Shown here piece after piece: positions 29,421 to 32,000 of a stretch of DNA of 32,000 bases. The position numbers and the translations under genes are program-made. Each line of letters begins with the position of its first letter. Position 1 is the stretch's first letter. Source of the stretch: Wolbachia endosymbiont strain TRS of Brugia malayi (GTDB lineage Bacteria > Pseudomonadota > Alphaproteobacteria > Rickettsiales > Anaplasmataceae); the NCBI RefSeq assembly GCF_000008385.1, contig NC_006833.1:750001-782000 (forward strand), in the 5' to 3' direction. A model generated the notes under the pieces. It saw nothing but the letters and a program-made list of their open reading frames with translations, was not told the origin of the DNA and searched no databases.

Positions 29421-30749
29421 TTGTTCAAGTTTAACATCCGCGGCGGGGTAAATTGCATTAAACGAAAATACAATGCTCTATTCACAAGTGAGGAAAAGAA
29501 TTATTGGGAATTAAGAAGTAAGAAAACGCACATTTTTAAATTTAATGTGGCTGAAGTAATTAAGGATCTGAAGGATGAAAAAGGAGTTAACGACTTTTTA
29601 CTTGGTAATAGAAACGGTCAAATAAATAAAACGTCATCTTTCCCTAGTGAACATGAAATAAGCTTTTTACAGTACGCGAAGCAAACTAAAGACAAAGATC
29701 TAGTTGCTTTTCTTGAAAACTACCAATCAACTAACAAGCAGAGGTACGTATAGTAACTATATTTAAAAATGGATCAATATTGAACTTTCTTGATTATGAA
29801 TTTGAAGATTATGTAGGGCAATTGTACATTAAAGATAGTGGCCAAGACAATTTTACTATAACCGCAATCAGTGGGAAAATATCATAATTTTTAGTCATAA
29901 AAACTCTGAAAAACATTAACAAGGTAATAATAATACCAACAAATAGTATTAAAGTTCTCAGCAATTTTGTTAGTATCATTAACGGTCAATTTACGCACAG
30001 CATTATTTCCAGCATTACCTTTGCCCCTATAAACTAATACAGAGAAAGTTGAGACTTCTACGAAAACGCCAACCACTGCAATTACTGATACAATAAAAGC
30101 TGACGCTGTAGAGGCTACTTAGCCTTCAACAACAGAATTAACAACTTAAACAAGTACTGAAAAGTCTACAACAATGGAACCTATAACAGTAGCTGTTACC
30201 TCACAAACAACAACAGTAACTGAACAAGTAACAACGTCAACTCACGTTTCAATAACAAATTTAGAGGAAACTACACAAACATTATTTACTATACCAAGTA
30301 CTAGAAGAATAAAAGAATCAACAACTCCTATATTTATTACGACTTTATTTCCTTAATCCATCCCTTCTATACAACCGCTTGACGTGTATAGCAGGTAAAC
30401 CTAATGAGGCAAGTTGGATCTGTATTTGGAGCAGTAAGTTTTATTGGAATAATAAGGAGGATTTATAGTATACAAATACGTAAAAGAATACCGCCATTGC
30501 AATACCATTCTTGTATCAGAATTAGCTAATTTGGATTATGAAAATCAATCACATTCAAATAGCAATAAGGAATTTTTTATCAGTAACAGCAGAACAAGCA
30601 GTCCTGAAATAGTGCTAAATGGCATATCAGTAGAAAGCAGTAGCCAATTAAGCAGTTCATCACCTGTAAGCAGTAGAAGTTTAGAGTCTAGAAGATTATC
30701 TTGTGACAGCAATGATATATCAGGACATCATCTCTAGCTATCGCTTGAT
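29421..30749 (+). pseudogene. Remnant of one or more unknown genes, possibly a Thr-rich stalk, transmembrane helix and Ser-rich tail
   Basis: ORF 29421..29753, Thr-rich TTTVTEQVTTSTHVSITNLEETTQTLFT (30174..30356), hydrophobic VGSVFGAVSFIGIIRRIY in another frame, Ser-rich ORF 30531..30737. Confidence 0.35.
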
Positions 30750-30820
30750 GTTTAATAGCATACCATTGACTAGTAGGGAAATTATTTTACTTTCATGATT
30801 TTCATGTTAAAATATAATTT

Positions 30821-31165
30821 CTAGGTGAAATAAGTAGCTGCTGTTGTGTGGTAAACACAGCAGAGGAAAGTCCGGGCTCCAAGGAAAAATAGTGACGGGT
30901 AACACCCGCCGGAGGTAACTCCAGTTATAGGACTACAGAAAATTACCGCCTAAATATTCTTAGGTAAGGGTGAAAAGGTGTGGTAAGAGCACACCATAGC
31001 AATGGCAACATTGGTAGTCAAGTAACCAACATTAGGAGCAAGATTAAATAAGAGTAGACTTTATGTTTTCTTCATATCTACTCGGGTAAATCGCATGCAG
31101 TAAATGGTAACATTTACTCTAGATAAATAGCTACATAAACAGAACTCGGCTTATATTTCACCTAG
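30821..31165 (+). ncRNA. rnpB: RNase P RNA
   Basis: Conserved cagaggaaagtccgggctcc near the 5' end and acagaactcggcttat near the 3' end; termini ctaggtgaaata and tatttcacctag are perfectly complementary. Confidence 0.95.
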
Positions 31166-31214
31166 ACATTCATATAAACATAGGTCACGCTATACTTAAA
31201 AACATGCAAGCACT

Positions 31215-31985
31215 TTATGCATTGTCCTTAACCTGTTCTGCTTGATAGTCACTACTATTTTCCCCTACATTAATACTGGAATACTCTTCCTCATCAACAT
31301 ACTCTTTCAGGACATAACCCCTGCCCCAAACGGTTTCTATGTGGCTTTTTCCATCATTTGCACTTTCAAGTTTCTTGCGCAATTTGCACATAAAGACATC
31401 AACTATCTTATTATCTGAAGGTTCATCTAAGCCGTTATAAAGATGATCTAAAAACATTTCTTTTGTTAATACTGTTCCTTTACGTAACGCTAGCAATTCT
31501 ATCATAGAATATTCTTTATTAGTAAGGTGAACTGTTTTACCTTTTACCTCAACAACCCTGTGATCAAAATTGATGTTTATATTACCAATCTTTATCACTG
31601 ACTCAGGATGGCCTTTAGTACGACGTACTATTGCTTTTATTCGAGCAAGTAGCTCACTCTTATGAAATGGTTTAGTTAAGTAGTCATCAGCACCGTACCC
31701 AAGTCCCTTAGCTTTATGATTAACAGCAGATATACATGAAAGTATCAAGACAGGAACTTTAATCTTTGCACTTCTTAACCTTAACAGTATATCATACCCA
31801 TCAATATCACCAGGTAAGTGTATATCTAGAATAACTAGGTCATAGTGATCTCCATTTGAGGAAACCATATTGTTGTTGTAGTCTTGCGCAGAAGTTACAA
31901 CATCACAAAAGTGCCCATCAGAAGTCAAAGCGTTAACTACAGTCTTTGCACTGACTTGATCATCTTCAATTAGTAATATACGCAT
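31215..31985 (-). CDS. ctrA: Cell cycle response regulator CtrA
   Basis: MRILLIEDDQVSAKTV...LDIHLPGDIDGYDILLRLR...DDYLTKPFHKSELLARIKAIVRR...LTNKEYSMIELLALRKGTVLTKEMFLDHLYNGLDEP..KIVDVFMCKLRKKL. Confidence 0.95.
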   Translation of the reverse strand: MRILLIEDDQVSAKTVVNALTSDGHFCDVVTSAQDYNNNMVSSNGDHYDLVILDIHLPGDIDGYDILLRLRSAKIKVPVLILSCISAVNHKAKGLGYGADDYLTKPFHKSELLARIKAIVRRTKGHPESVIKIGNININFDHRVVEVKGKTVHLTNKEYSMIELLALRKGTVLTKEMFLDHLYNGLDEPSDNKIVDVFMCKLRKKLESANDGKSHIETVWGRGYVLKEYVDEEEYSSINVGENSSDYQAEQVKDNA

Positions 31986-32000
31986 ATTTTACACCCCGTA

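Noticed and set aside
29891-30076. 61-aa minus-strand ORF
   Set aside because: Lies inside a decayed region with coding signal on the plus strand; no motif.
1-32000. CRISPR arrays, intact insertion sequences or prophage modules
   Set aside because: No regularly spaced repeats, transposase motifs, or capsid/tail/integrase ORFs were seen.

Overview
AT-rich chromosomal window from an Anaplasmataceae-type alphaproteobacterium, most likely Wolbachia. That assignment is inferred from gene content (ctrA, orphan virB9, mrpD-like antiporter subunit, scattered ccmB, scattered small repeats) and could not be checked against a database. Intact-looking genes: an HU/IHF-like protein, rpsI, rplM, a TolC-family protein, rlmE, ccmB, dksA-like, gmk, ppa, coq7, dsbB-like, der, pccB, mutM, virB9, mrpD-like, tgt, nuoE and ctrA. 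The 5' edge carries the tail of ftsQ. RNA genes: tRNA-Ser(GCT), tRNA-Thr(GGT), an initiator-type tRNA-Met(CAT) and RNase P RNA. The window is notable for gene decay: pdxJ, pdxH, comEC, an RluD-type pseudouridine synthase and several unnamed genes are broken. A PopZ-like gene is interrupted by one in-frame TAA. The most interesting intact candidates are two adjacent exported proteins (ankyrin, then pentapeptide-repeat) and an unassigned 352-aa protein. I found no CRISPR array, intact transposon, prophage or convincing defence system, and nothing I can defend as a new biological system.
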